This document shows, piece by piece, positions 25,457-35,022 of a stretch of 64,000 bases of DNA (positions are counted from its first letter, which is position 1; each line of letters begins with the position of its first letter). Origin of the DNA: Flavobacteriales bacterium (GTDB taxonomy: Bacteria; Bacteroidota; Bacteroidia; Flavobacteriales; UBA7312); assembly GCA_965661345.1 (NCBI GenBank), contig CBFIDK010000005.1, forward strand, positions 17,301 to 81,300. Direction: 5' to 3'. Under the pieces are notes generated by a model. The model saw only the letters and a program-made list of their open reading frames with translations. It searched no databases and was not told the origin of the DNA. Both the position numbers and the translations under genes were made by a program.

Positions 25457-27895
25457 TTATTTTTGGGCTTTAAGCCTTTCTATGGTTTTCTTTCCTTCCA
25501 CCACAACTTCTTTGTTTTTTTCAGATTTTAGTTTGCTGTCAATAGCTGTTTTGAGGTCGTTGTACAAATAGGTTTTAACTCTAACCATCCACGATTTGGC
25601 GTCTTTCAGGCTTGATTCTAATGCTGGAACGCCGTCAACCAATACGCTTAAGTCTTGATTTTTTAAAAAACTTACATAATTGACGGATGCATAATATTGG
25701 TTATATCCGCTAGTGTTAAGAAGATTGTTTTTTAGAAAATCCATTTTGTCAATTCCACCGTGTTTGGCGTAAATACCCGATACAACTTTAGGTAGATCTT
25801 TTTCTAAATCTTTTGCTAGTTCTAGCGATTTTTCGACGTTAACTTTTGCTAAGCCCTTTAGTCCTGCGCCCGCAACATAAAGTGATTTTTCGGCAACCGA
25901 GGACTCAAAGAGGGCTTCAAATTCTGACTTTTCTTCTAGATCCGATAAAAACATTAATGCTTGTGACCTAACCTCTGTATTAGGGTTAAACTTGGCTTGT
26001 TGTTCCATTATTCCAATAAGGTCATCTTTATCTTCTAGGTTAGACGCTTCCTTTACACCCATAAGCTGAATTGGCCAATTAGAGTTGTTTAGGGCGTGAG
26101 ATATGGCATTTTTCTTCTCTTTTTTTCCAATGTTTTTTAGTGCAAAAACCATGTCCATGTAAAGGGGTGCGTGCATTTGCTCTAACCACCATTCGTCTGG
26201 TTTTTCATCAAATATTTCTGCTAATAAGACGTGTTCTGAATCTACAATGACATTGATAGGCTTGCTATCTACATCAAAAACAAATTCGTGTTTTGACTCA
26301 GTCATGATTACATCGTGTCTTTTGGTTTTTCCTTCTTCGTAAACATCAATGGCAAAAGGAAGCTTGTAAACAGGTGTTGTTGCTTGGTCTTGAATCTGTT
26401 CAATACTGACGGTTTGTTGTTTTTTAGCTTCGTTGTATTTGTAATCAACTACCAGAAGCGGATGCCCTGAGGCTAAAAACCATTGGTTGAAAAACCAATT
26501 TAAATCTTCTCCCGATACCTCTTCCATAGCTAATCTAAGCTGATGTATCTCTACCGTATTAAAAGCGTTGTCTTTAAGGTATTTTTGTAGCCCACTGTAG
26601 AAAGCGTCCTCTCCTAAATAATACCGTAGCATATGTAAAATTCTCCCCCCTTTGGCATAAGAGTGGTTGTCAAACATGTCTTCTTTGTCCTCATAATCAA
26701 ACCAAATCATGTCGTGTTGTTCTACCCTCGATTCTCTAAGGTAATTCTGAAGGTCTTTTTCGAGGTGCATATCTGCTTCTAATCTGCCTAGCCACTTTTC
26801 CCTCCAAATGTATTCGCCATATGTGGCAAACGACTCATTTAGAGGGAGGTTTGCCCATGATTCACAGGTGACTAAATCGCCAAACCAATGGTGAAACAAC
26901 TCGTGTGCAATAATGTCGTCTTCGTGCCTGTCTATAAGCTCTCGTTCGGTCATTTGAACAAACTCTCCATGAATTACTGCGGTGGTGTTTTCCATGGCTC
27001 CAGAAACAAAGTCTCTTACCACAACTTGAGCGTACTTTTCCCATGGGTAGTCTACCCCTAGCACCTCTGAGAAATAGTCTATCATTTCAGGGGTTCTACC
27101 AAAAATTGCTCTTGCGTTTTTGTGGTAATCGTCCTCTAAATAGTAGGTTACGTCTTTGTTTTTCCAGCTATCGTATGTTATATTAAACTCTCCGACGGCC
27201 ATCATTGCTAAATAAGGGGTGTGTCCAAGTTTTTGTTCCCAAAAATCTGTTCTTGTGCCATCTTCGTTTTTCACGCTTTTTACCAATAGTCCGTTAGATA
27301 GTGTAGTGAAATTATCTTTAACTGTTATGTCTATATCTTGTGTCGTTCTTTCGTTTGGAGAGTCAATTGTAGGAAACCAACAAGAACTGGCTTCTGTTTC
27401 TCCTTGTGTCCAAATTTGCATCGGCTTGTTCTTGTCTTCTCCAAGAGGGTTTATAAAATACAGTCCTTTAGCGTCTGTTATGGCGTTGCTTCCTTCCACA
27501 ATTAGCTCGTTGGGCTTTGCGGTATAGTCTATTATTATTGTGTATTCTTCTGTTCGGCTGTATGTTTTGTCAAGCTCTATGTTCAACATTAAGTTGTCAT
27601 ATTCGTATTTTAAGGCCTTACCATTCATTGTCACTGAATGAATATCAAACCCTTTTGCGTCAAGTGATAGTTTATTTGTTGAGTAGAAATATGGTTTTAA
27701 TGTTAATTCGGCCTTTCCTAACAAGTATTGCTTTTCCCAGTTAAAACGAACGGATAAGTCTGTATGAATAAGGTCGTTTAGCCGTTTTCTGGACTCATTG
27801 TATATTTCTTTTTTATCTATTTTTTCTGTGTATTCAACCTTTGGCGAAGCGGTTGTTACTAAAAGTGCTAAGGCTATTGCTATGAGTGTTTCCAT
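25457..27895 (-). CDS. M1-family aminopeptidase (aminopeptidase N-like) with a C-terminal helical-repeat region
   Basis: GAMENT and HELFHHWFGD-x18-E (NESFATY) motifs. Confidence 0.88.
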   Translation of the reverse strand: METLIAIALALLVTTASPKVEYTEKIDKKEIYNESRKRLNDLIHTDLSVRFNWEKQYLLGKAELTLKPYFYSTNKLSLDAKGFDIHSVTMNGKALKYEYDNLMLNIELDKTYSRTEEYTIIIDYTAKPNELIVEGSNAITDAKGLYFINPLGEDKNKPMQIWTQGETEASSCWFPTIDSPNERTTQDIDITVKDNFTTLSNGLLVKSVKNEDGTRTDFWEQKLGHTPYLAMMAVGEFNITYDSWKNKDVTYYLEDDYHKNARAIFGRTPEMIDYFSEVLGVDYPWEKYAQVVVRDFVSGAMENTTAVIHGEFVQMTERELIDRHEDDIIAHELFHHWFGDLVTCESWANLPLNESFATYGEYIWREKWLGRLEADMHLEKDLQNYLRESRVEQHDMIWFDYEDKEDMFDNHSYAKGGRILHMLRYYLGEDAFYSGLQKYLKDNAFNTVEIHQLRLAMEEVSGEDLNWFFNQWFLASGHPLLVVDYKYNEAKKQQTVSIEQIQDQATTPVYKLPFAIDVYEEGKTKRHDVIMTESKHEFVFDVDSKPINVIVDSEHVLLAEIFDEKPDEWWLEQMHAPLYMDMVFALKNIGKKEKKNAISHALNNSNWPIQLMGVKEASNLEDKDDLIGIMEQQAKFNPNTEVRSQALMFLSDLEEKSEFEALFESSVAEKSLYVAGAGLKGLAKVNVEKSLELAKDLEKDLPKVVSGIYAKHGGIDKMDFLKNNLLNTSGYNQYYASVNYVSFLKNQDLSVLVDGVPALESSLKDAKSWMVRVKTYLYNDLKTAIDSKLKSEKNKEVVVEGKKTIERLKAQK

Positions 27896-27950
27896 TATTT
27901 AATTTTATAAAGGTGTAAAAGTAACAACATTTCTTTGTTAAATTTGTGGC

Positions 27951-28418
27951 GTGAAGGCAGTAATAAATAACTCTTTTGAATTTTCATTGGAAAATGAAGT
28001 GGATTGGAATTGTATTGAAGTTAAAGACGGACAATTTCATATCCTATTCGAAGATAAATCATACTTGGCGGACGTGGTTAATTTTAACCCTTCTATAAAA
28101 GAGGTTAGTATTCAAATAAATAACAGGCAATATGATGTTTTGTTAAAAGATCGCTATGATGATTTGTTGAATCAGCTAGGATTAGATGTTGCTGCCAATA
28201 AAAAGGACAATGAAGTAAAAGCCCCAATGCCAGGTCAAGTTTTGGATATTTTGGTTAGGGCTGGAGATAGTGTTAATGAAGGTGATGGGCTTATTGTCTT
28301 GGAAGCCATGAAAATGGAAAACATTATAAAATCTACTAGAGAGGGTATAATTCAAAGTGTTAAAACAAAAAAAGGAAGTAGTGTGGAAAAAAACACAGCC
28401 CTGATTGTTTTTGAATAA
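27951..28418 (+). CDS. biotin carboxyl-carrier (biotinyl/lipoyl attachment) domain protein
   Basis: EAMKMEN biotinyl-lysine motif. The start is GTG. Confidence 0.75.
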   Translation: MKAVINNSFEFSLENEVDWNCIEVKDGQFHILFEDKSYLADVVNFNPSIKEVSIQINNRQYDVLLKDRYDDLLNQLGLDVAANKKDNEVKAPMPGQVLDILVRAGDSVNEGDGLIVLEAMKMENIIKSTREGIIQSVKTKKGSSVEKNTALIVFE

Positions 28419-28419
28419 A

Positions 28420-29343
28420 TTACACGAGTTGTATATCGAACTGTACTAAATCTACAAATTCAGAAATTCGCTGATTAACCTCATCTTTACTTAGGCCATT
28501 CATTCTTTCTGTTCCAAATTTTTCTACACAAAACGATGCCATTGCAGAACCTATAATAACTGCTCTTTTCATGTTTTCAAACGAGTAGTCTTTTGTTGCA
28601 CAAAGGTGGCCTACAAAACCCCCTGCAAAGGTATCTCCTGCGCCTGTTGGGTCAAAAACTTCTTCAAGTGGTAGCGCTGGAGCAAAAAATACTTCCTCGT
28701 TATTAAATAATAAGGCGCCGTGTTCTCCCTTCTTAATTATTAAAAATTTTGGTCCGAAAGAAAGAATTTTTTTTGCCGCTTTTACAAGCGAGTATTCTCC
28801 TGATAGTTGACGGGCTTCTTCATCGTTGATGGTAAGTACATCTACATTTTTTAAAGCAATCATGAGGTCGTCTAAAAAATTATCCATCCAAAAGTTCATG
28901 GTATCTAAAACAATCAGTTTTGGACGCTCCTTTAATTGGTTTAACACCTTTTGTTGAATACTTGGCATAAGGTTACCTAACATTAAAAGCTCACAATTTT
29001 GATATTCTGTAGGCACAATGGGATTAAATGTTTCTAATGCGTTTAATTGAGTATCTAAAGTGTCTCTGGTGTTCATGTCGTTGTGGTATTTTCCCGACCA
29101 GAAGAACGTTTTTTCTTCGCTTTTAATTTGAAGGCCTTTGGTATCAACATTATGCTCGTGTAACATATCTATTGCCGACTGTGGAAAGTCCCCCCCTACT
29201 ACTGAAACTAAATTAATATCTTCGAAAAACTTTGAAGCAGATAATCCTATATAGGTGGCTGCACCTCCAATAATTTTATCTGTTTTTCCGAATGGCGTCT
29301 CTATAGCGTCAAATGCTACTGTACCAACAACTAATAAGCTCAT
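28420..29343 (-). CDS. PfkB-family carbohydrate/nucleoside kinase
   Basis: GGAATY N-terminal motif and DPTGAGDTFAGGF C-terminal motif. Confidence 0.8.
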   Translation of the reverse strand: MSLLVVGTVAFDAIETPFGKTDKIIGGAATYIGLSASKFFEDINLVSVVGGDFPQSAIDMLHEHNVDTKGLQIKSEEKTFFWSGKYHNDMNTRDTLDTQLNALETFNPIVPTEYQNCELLMLGNLMPSIQQKVLNQLKERPKLIVLDTMNFWMDNFLDDLMIALKNVDVLTINDEEARQLSGEYSLVKAAKKILSFGPKFLIIKKGEHGALLFNNEEVFFAPALPLEEVFDPTGAGDTFAGGFVGHLCATKDYSFENMKRAVIIGSAMASFCVEKFGTERMNGLSKDEVNQRISEFVDLVQFDIQLV

Positions 29344-29418
29344 AGTTTTTTAAAATTTTATTTTTGCAAATGTATTGCATAATTATTAGCATTATACTAA
29401 TATTGCACACTGATTTTT

Positions 29419-29492
29419 TCCTCCTTAGCTCAGTTGGTTAGAGCATCTGACTGTTAATCAGAGGGTCCTTGGTTCGAGTCCAAGAGGGGGAG
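29419..29492 (+). tRNA. tRNA-Asn (GTT)
   Basis: The cloverleaf can be read by eye. Acceptor TCCTCCT/AGGGGGA (one G-U), D-arm TAGCTCAGTTGGTTAGAGC, anticodon stem TCTGA/TCAGA with loop CT-GTT-AA, T-arm CTTGG-TTCGAGT-CCAAG, discriminator G. No CCA is encoded. Confidence 0.9.
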
Positions 29493-29500
29493 CAAAAGAC

Positions 29501-29529
29501 AAAGCATCTGCGAAAGTGGGTGCTTTTTT
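29501..29529. terminator. rho-independent terminator after the tRNA (11-bp stem, GAAA tetraloop)
   Basis: aaagcatctgc-GAAA-gtgggtgcttt followed by a T-run. It also lies downstream of the minus-strand small ORF. Confidence 0.6.
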
Positions 29530-29551
29530 GCTTTTAGAGGATGAATGATTT

Positions 29552-29734
29552 TTAATTTTCCTCTTTATTTTTACTCTTTCTTAAAAGTTTATCAACACCA
29601 ATCCATATAAAGATTACTGGCCAGTAAACTCTTATTAACTCAGCTATGGATACTTGAATAAAATTCAGATTGTTTGCTAGAAATAATAACCCTATTAGAA
29701 TAAATAAAATTCCAATACTTTTTCCTTTTTGCAT
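29552..29734 (-). CDS. 60-aa two-TM membrane protein (LiaF/DUF5668-like)
   Basis: Two hydrophobic helices and a basic tail. Support is weak. Confidence 0.4.
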   Translation of the reverse strand: MQKGKSIGILFILIGLLFLANNLNFIQVSIAELIRVYWPVIFIWIGVDKLLRKSKNKEEN

Positions 29735-29832
29735 AATTTTAAGTTTAATGATATAATACTATTAACAAAATATGTTTGAAAGCTCTTTTGTTATTCTACA
29801 AATTAAGCACTTAAAATGTATATTTTCGTTTG

Positions 29833-31953
29833 ATGCCTAAAAAAAAGAAAAAAAGAATAGTATCTAAACAGAGTTTACAATCGCAAGTTTTAAATGTTTT
29901 AAGAAAAAATCCAAAGAAATCCTTTAACTATAAACAACTTTCAAAACAAATAGGGGTTGGAGATGAATCACTTAAACTATTACTGCAAAAAGTACTTTTA
30001 GAATTAGAGGAAAACGAAAAAGTTGTTTCTGTAGGTCGAGGAAAATATAAATTAAAAACCCAATCTGCAGTTATTGAAGGTATCGTTGATATTACTGCTT
30101 CAAAAAAAGCTTACGTAAGTGTAGATAATCTGGATGAAGATATCTTTGTAAATGGTAAATATTTACCAAATATTGTTAGTGGTGATCGGGTTGAGGTTTC
30201 TGTTTTTTCTTCCTTTAAATCGAGAAGATTAGAAGGTGAAATAGTAAATGTGATTAAACGAAATACACATCAATTTGTAGGTAAATTAGAAATATCTAAA
30301 ACCTTTGCTTTTGTTGTTATTAGCAATGCTAAAATACATTTTGATGTTTTTATTAATTCAAAAGAAATAAAAAAACATAATCTAAAAAATGGTCAATTAG
30401 TTGTTTGTAATATAGATGACTGGGGTGATAAAAAAACCAACCCTAGTGGTAGTATAAAAGAAGTTCTGGGTTATCCTGGAGAACACCATGCAGAAATTTA
30501 TTCAATTCTTGCCGAGTATAATATTGATAAAACCTTCGATGAAAATATTGAAGAAAAAGCAAAGAATATTTCTCAAAAAATAACAAAAGAAGAAATTAAA
30601 TCTAGACGAGATTTTAGACCAGTAACTACCTTTACTATTGATCCTTTTGATGCCAAAGACTTTGATGATGCATTATCTATTAAAAAATTAAAAAATGATA
30701 ATTATGAAATAGGTATTCACATTGCTGATGTCAGTCACTATGTTCTAGAAAATGATATTATTGACAAAGAAGCACAAGAAAGAGCAACATCCATTTATCT
30801 TGTAGATAGGGTAATTCCAATGCTTCCCGAAATTTTATCTAATAATCTATGTTCACTTAGACCAAACGAGGAAAAATTATGTTTTTCTGCTGTGTTTGAA
30901 ATAAATACGGATGGCAAAATACTAAATGAGTGGTTTGGAAAAACCGTCATTTTATCAGATAGAAGATTTACTTATGAAGAGGCTCAAGAACGCATAGAAA
31001 ATAAAGAAGGCGATTACTCTTCTGAACTTATATTACTTAACGAAATAGCAAAAATTCTAAGAGAAGAAAGAACAAAAAAAGGCGCTATATCCTTTCATAA
31101 ATTAGAAACTAAATTCAAATTAGATGATGATAATAATCCTATTTCTCTTTTTATAAAAGAGAGTAAAGATGCTCATAAATTAATTGAAGAGTTTATGCTG
31201 CTCGCAAACAGAAAAGTAGCTGAATTTATTGGTAAAAAATCACTTCCTTTTGTGTATAGAATTCATGATACTCCTAATCCTGAAAAATTAGAGACATTAA
31301 GCTTTTTTCTAAAAAGTTTTGGGTATCAATTGCACACCGAAAATAAAAATAGCATTGCTAAATCTATGAATAAAATACTTATGGATGTAAAAGGCAAAGA
31401 TGAAGCAAGTATGATAGAAACTCTATCTATACGAACCATGGCTAAAGCAATTTATTCAACAGAAAATATTGGTCATTATGGATTAGCATTTAATCATTAC
31501 ACGCATTTTACTTCTCCCATTAGAAGATACCCAGATGTAATGGTTCATAGGCTACTTTTTAAGTACCTAAATGATAAATCAAGAGTAAATAAAGAAGAAA
31601 TAGAAAAGTTATGTAAACATTCTTCAGAAATGGAAATAATTGCTTCAAGGGCTGAACGAGATTCTATAAAATACATGCAAGCTGTTTACATTTCAAAGTT
31701 TGTTGGTGAAAAATTAGAGGGTATAGTTTCTGGGGTAACAGACTTTGGAATTTTTATTGAAGTAAGTAATACGAGTTGTGAAGGCTTAATTCGCTTAAAA
31801 GATATTCAAGGCGACTTTTACAAGTACGATGAAAAAAATTACTGTATTAGAGGAAGTAAAGGCGGTAATACTTATAGAATAGGCGATAAAGTAGACGTCA
31901 AGATAAGATCTGTAAACATTGAAAAAAGAGAAATTAATCTTATATTATTATAA
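29833..31953 (+). CDS. rnr: ribonuclease R
   Basis: RNB motifs HIADVSHYV, IYLVDRVIPMLP and HYGLAFNHYTHFTSPIRRYPD, plus a C-terminal S1 domain. Confidence 0.9.
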   Translation: MPKKKKKRIVSKQSLQSQVLNVLRKNPKKSFNYKQLSKQIGVGDESLKLLLQKVLLELEENEKVVSVGRGKYKLKTQSAVIEGIVDITASKKAYVSVDNLDEDIFVNGKYLPNIVSGDRVEVSVFSSFKSRRLEGEIVNVIKRNTHQFVGKLEISKTFAFVVISNAKIHFDVFINSKEIKKHNLKNGQLVVCNIDDWGDKKTNPSGSIKEVLGYPGEHHAEIYSILAEYNIDKTFDENIEEKAKNISQKITKEEIKSRRDFRPVTTFTIDPFDAKDFDDALSIKKLKNDNYEIGIHIADVSHYVLENDIIDKEAQERATSIYLVDRVIPMLPEILSNNLCSLRPNEEKLCFSAVFEINTDGKILNEWFGKTVILSDRRFTYEEAQERIENKEGDYSSELILLNEIAKILREERTKKGAISFHKLETKFKLDDDNNPISLFIKESKDAHKLIEEFMLLANRKVAEFIGKKSLPFVYRIHDTPNPEKLETLSFFLKSFGYQLHTENKNSIAKSMNKILMDVKGKDEASMIETLSIRTMAKAIYSTENIGHYGLAFNHYTHFTSPIRRYPDVMVHRLLFKYLNDKSRVNKEEIEKLCKHSSEMEIIASRAERDSIKYMQAVYISKFVGEKLEGIVSGVTDFGIFIEVSNTSCEGLIRLKDIQGDFYKYDEKNYCIRGSKGGNTYRIGDKVDVKIRSVNIEKREINLILL

Positions 31954-32394
31954 TAGTTTTAATTATTAAATAATATGATTATATATATAGTCTGTTAGCT
32001 CTGTTATTACTTTATTTAGCTAATTTGTAGTTTTATTAAATATTAATACTTTATAACAATGAATTAACATATTTTATAATTTAAATAACTGAAAATTAAT
32101 AGTTTATAATAATATTAACAATACTTTATAATTTAAATTAACATTATTTATTTTATAAAAAACAAGCAATTTTAGGCATGTTTATTGTTAAAAACATCAG
32201 TACAATTTTTTAATATATTTAATAAAAATCTATTGCTAAACTTAGTAAATAATATAGCTGAAAATAATATTTAAAAAGTCAATAAAAACTTATTATTGTT
32301 TTTAACTCATATTAACAAAAAATGAATTTTGTTTGTTAATTAAATATCTGAGTATATTTAAAGTATTTAGTGATTATAAACACAATCAAAACTT
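31954..32394. other. 440-bp extremely AT-rich non-coding spacer with internal imperfect direct repeats
   Basis: There is no ORF of any length. aatactttataa..attaacat occurs at 32045-32076 and 32120-32150. Confidence 0.6.
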
Positions 32395-32829
32395 ATGAAA
32401 TACACAATTGGAATAGCCTGCGATCATGCTGGATTTGAATACAAAGAAAAACTTGTAAAATACCTTAAAGAAAAAGGACATACTGTTACTGATTTTGGGT
32501 GTTATAGTTCTGAAAGTGTGGATTATCCAGATTTTGCACATAAGTTGGCTAAATCTATCAAACAATCAGAAAATATAATAGGTATTCAATTTTGTGGAAG
32601 TGGCAATGGAATAAATATGAGTGCTAACAAACACCAAGAAATAAGGTCTGCATTGTGCTGGGAAACAGAAATAGCACAACTAGCGCGCTTACATAACAAT
32701 GCAAATGTATGTACCATGCCTGCAAGATTCATTTCATATGAGAAAGCCTTAGAGATAGTTAATGTATTTTTATCAACCGAATTTGAAGGAGGAAGACATC
32801 AAAAAAGAGTAGAAAAAATAAGCTGTTAA
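32395..32829 (+). CDS. rpiB: ribose-5-phosphate isomerase B
   Basis: GIACDHAGFEYKEKL and CGSGNGINMSANK motifs. Confidence 0.9.
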   Translation: MKYTIGIACDHAGFEYKEKLVKYLKEKGHTVTDFGCYSSESVDYPDFAHKLAKSIKQSENIIGIQFCGSGNGINMSANKHQEIRSALCWETEIAQLARLHNNANVCTMPARFISYEKALEIVNVFLSTEFEGGRHQKRVEKISC

Positions 32830-32839
32830 TCTTTTACCA

Positions 32840-33853
32840 ATGAAAACACTATTATTATTATTATTTCCAATCAGTTTGTTTGCACAACAAACAAGCTTGT
32901 CAGAAGACAACACCAAATTAAAATATGTTAATACCATTACAGCAAATGATCTAAAAGATTATTTATATGTATTAGCAAGCGATTCTTTACAAGGAAGAGA
33001 AACGGGTACTGCAGGACAAATAGATGCAGCAAATTACATTGCAAACTTTTTTAAAGAAATAGGAATACCACCTTATAAGTATAACACATATTTTCAAAAA
33101 TTTAAAGTTAGACTTGTTAAACGCTACGGAAAACAGAATAAGAAAAATAATAATAAATATGTTAAAGGAGAAAATATAATTGGCTTTATTGAAGGCAGTG
33201 ATTTAAAAGATGAAATAGTAGTTATTACAGCTCATTATGATCATTTAGGCGTAAAAGAAGATACTTTGATTTATAATGGAGCAGACGATAATGGTTCCGG
33301 AACGAGCGCCATAATGGAAATAGCTCAAGCATTTATGTTAGCTAAAAAAGAAGGAAATGGACCAAGAAGAAGCGTTTTGATAATGCCGGTTTCCGGTGAA
33401 GAGAAAGGGTTATTAGGCTCAAAATATTATACAGATAATCCCATTTATCCATTAGAAAATACCATTGCAAACCTGAATGTAGACATGATAGGTAGAATAG
33501 ATAAAAACCATGATAATCCAGATTATGTGTATTTAATTGGGTCTGACAGATTAAGTTCAGAATTACATCAAATAAGTGAGGATATTAACAAACAGTATTT
33601 TAATTTTGAATTGGATTATACCTTTAATGCTGAGGATGATCCAAACAGGTATTATTACCGTTCTGATCACTATAATTTTGCTAAAAATAACATACCTGTT
33701 ATTTTCTATTTCAATGGAATTCATGAAGATTATCATAAACCTACTGATACTGTAGAAAAAATAAATTTTGAAAAAATTCAGAAGATTTCCAGATATATAT
33801 TTTTAACAGCTTGGGAACTAGCCAATAGAGACGAACGTCCTAGACTAGATTAA
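32840..33853 (+). CDS. M28-family metallopeptidase
   Basis: ITAHYDHLG, GADDNGSGTSAIMEIA and GEEKGLLGS motifs, plus a signal peptide. Confidence 0.85.
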   Translation: MKTLLLLLFPISLFAQQTSLSEDNTKLKYVNTITANDLKDYLYVLASDSLQGRETGTAGQIDAANYIANFFKEIGIPPYKYNTYFQKFKVRLVKRYGKQNKKNNNKYVKGENIIGFIEGSDLKDEIVVITAHYDHLGVKEDTLIYNGADDNGSGTSAIMEIAQAFMLAKKEGNGPRRSVLIMPVSGEEKGLLGSKYYTDNPIYPLENTIANLNVDMIGRIDKNHDNPDYVYLIGSDRLSSELHQISEDINKQYFNFELDYTFNAEDDPNRYYYRSDHYNFAKNNIPVIFYFNGIHEDYHKPTDTVEKINFEKIQKISRYIFLTAWELANRDERPRLD

Positions 33854-35022
33854 TCTTTATAAAATAGAAAACGTTCATTATTTATTGAAAGCACATAAAA
33901 GCCTTGAGAATAATCAGAAATACTTAAACTAAGAGTATTTTCTTTTTCTGCTATTATTTTTCCATCAATAGAATAAATAGAAATACGGGAAGGATCTTTT
34001 AAGTAAACCACATTTCCATCAAAAAGGTATGTTGGACTAGTGTAAAGGTCTTTAACACCAGATATTTCTCCCCAAAGGACCAACCCACCCTCTGTTCCAA
34101 TCCAATAGTTATTACCTTCTTTTTCGATACACAACACCACATCATTAATTAAGCCGCTGTTTTGAGTATTATATGTCGTTGTGTTTTGAACTCCTGCCTC
34201 ATAATTTAAACTAAACATACCCGCACCACTCGATCCAATTAAATAGTTTTCACCATCTTTTATAACACAGTTTAAACTATTGCTGGGCCAAGTGTTAAAA
34301 TAGCCAGTATTAAAAATTAAAAAAGAACCAGTATTTAAATGGGTTAACAAGCCACCATAAGGCGTTGTAATCCATAAATTTTCAGCAGAAACCAACAAGT
34401 CAGTAGCGGTATTATCAATTAAACCATTACTACCATTGTACCATGAAATACTATCATTATAGTAATACGCCAAACCACCATTTACTGTACCGATACACAA
34501 TGAATCTCCCTTTTTTTCTAAACACCTTACATTAATGAATGTGGGCTCTAAAGAAGAGCTGTCCAACAGCAAAGTAATATTATCATTTTCCATTTTGTAT
34601 AAGCCATCTATAGTGCCTATATAAGCAATATTTTGACTGTCAAATACAATTTCATTTATATGACCAGGAAGAATGCTTTTTTCTGAGGTGATGGTGTACC
34701 AATCGGCGCCATTATACACCGCAATACCGTCTAGTGTACCAACATAAAGAAGACCGTTATTATCAACGCTTAAACAGCGAACTTGAGGGTTTGGTAAGTA
34801 TTCTGAATAATCTATCCACGTGGAATTATCAAAGGTATATAACCCCCAATTTGTACCAATCCATTTTATACCATCAACAATCAAAATATCATTAATTTGA
34901 TTATCAACAAGCATGGAGTTTTCAGTAGAATAACCAACCCAATTATCTTGTGCAAAAAGAGCCCCTAAGGGCCCTAATTGAAATAATATTATAGATATAA
35001 GGGCTATTCTATTGTAAAACAA
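33850..35022 (-). CDS. secreted seven-bladed beta-propeller (two-component-regulator propeller repeats) with a T9SS-type C-terminal tail
   Basis: Seven x (W/Y)IGT..GL repeats. The C-terminus is ..GFYVLSINNERFLFYKD. Confidence 0.6.
   Translation of the reverse strand: MFYNRIALISIILFQLGPLGALFAQDNWVGYSTENSMLVDNQINDILIVDGIKWIGTNWGLYTFDNSTWIDYSEYLPNPQVRCLSVDNNGLLYVGTLDGIAVYNGADWYTITSEKSILPGHINEIVFDSQNIAYIGTIDGLYKMENDNITLLLDSSSLEPTFINVRCLEKKGDSLCIGTVNGGLAYYYNDSISWYNGSNGLIDNTATDLLVSAENLWITTPYGGLLTHLNTGSFLIFNTGYFNTWPSNSLNCVIKDGENYLIGSSGAGMFSLNYEAGVQNTTTYNTQNSGLINDVVLCIEKEGNNYWIGTEGGLVLWGEISGVKDLYTSPTYLFDGNVVYLKDPSRISIYSIDGKIIAEKENTLSLSISDYSQGFYVLSINNERFLFYKD

Noticed and set aside
31954-32394. I considered whether the AT-rich spacer is a replication origin (oriC).
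   Set aside because: I found no DnaA-box-like TTATCCACA/TGTGGATAA motifs by eye, and no dnaA or dnaN nearby.
29419-33853. I considered a tRNA-Asn-adjacent genomic island, because rnr to the M28 peptidase looks AT-rich and starts right after a tRNA.
   Set aside because: Hand counts show only a gradual GC trough (roughly 30-38 %) that also includes the upstream PfkB and BCCP genes. The content is housekeeping (rnr, rpiB). There is no integrase, and I could not find a repeat of the tRNA 3' end.
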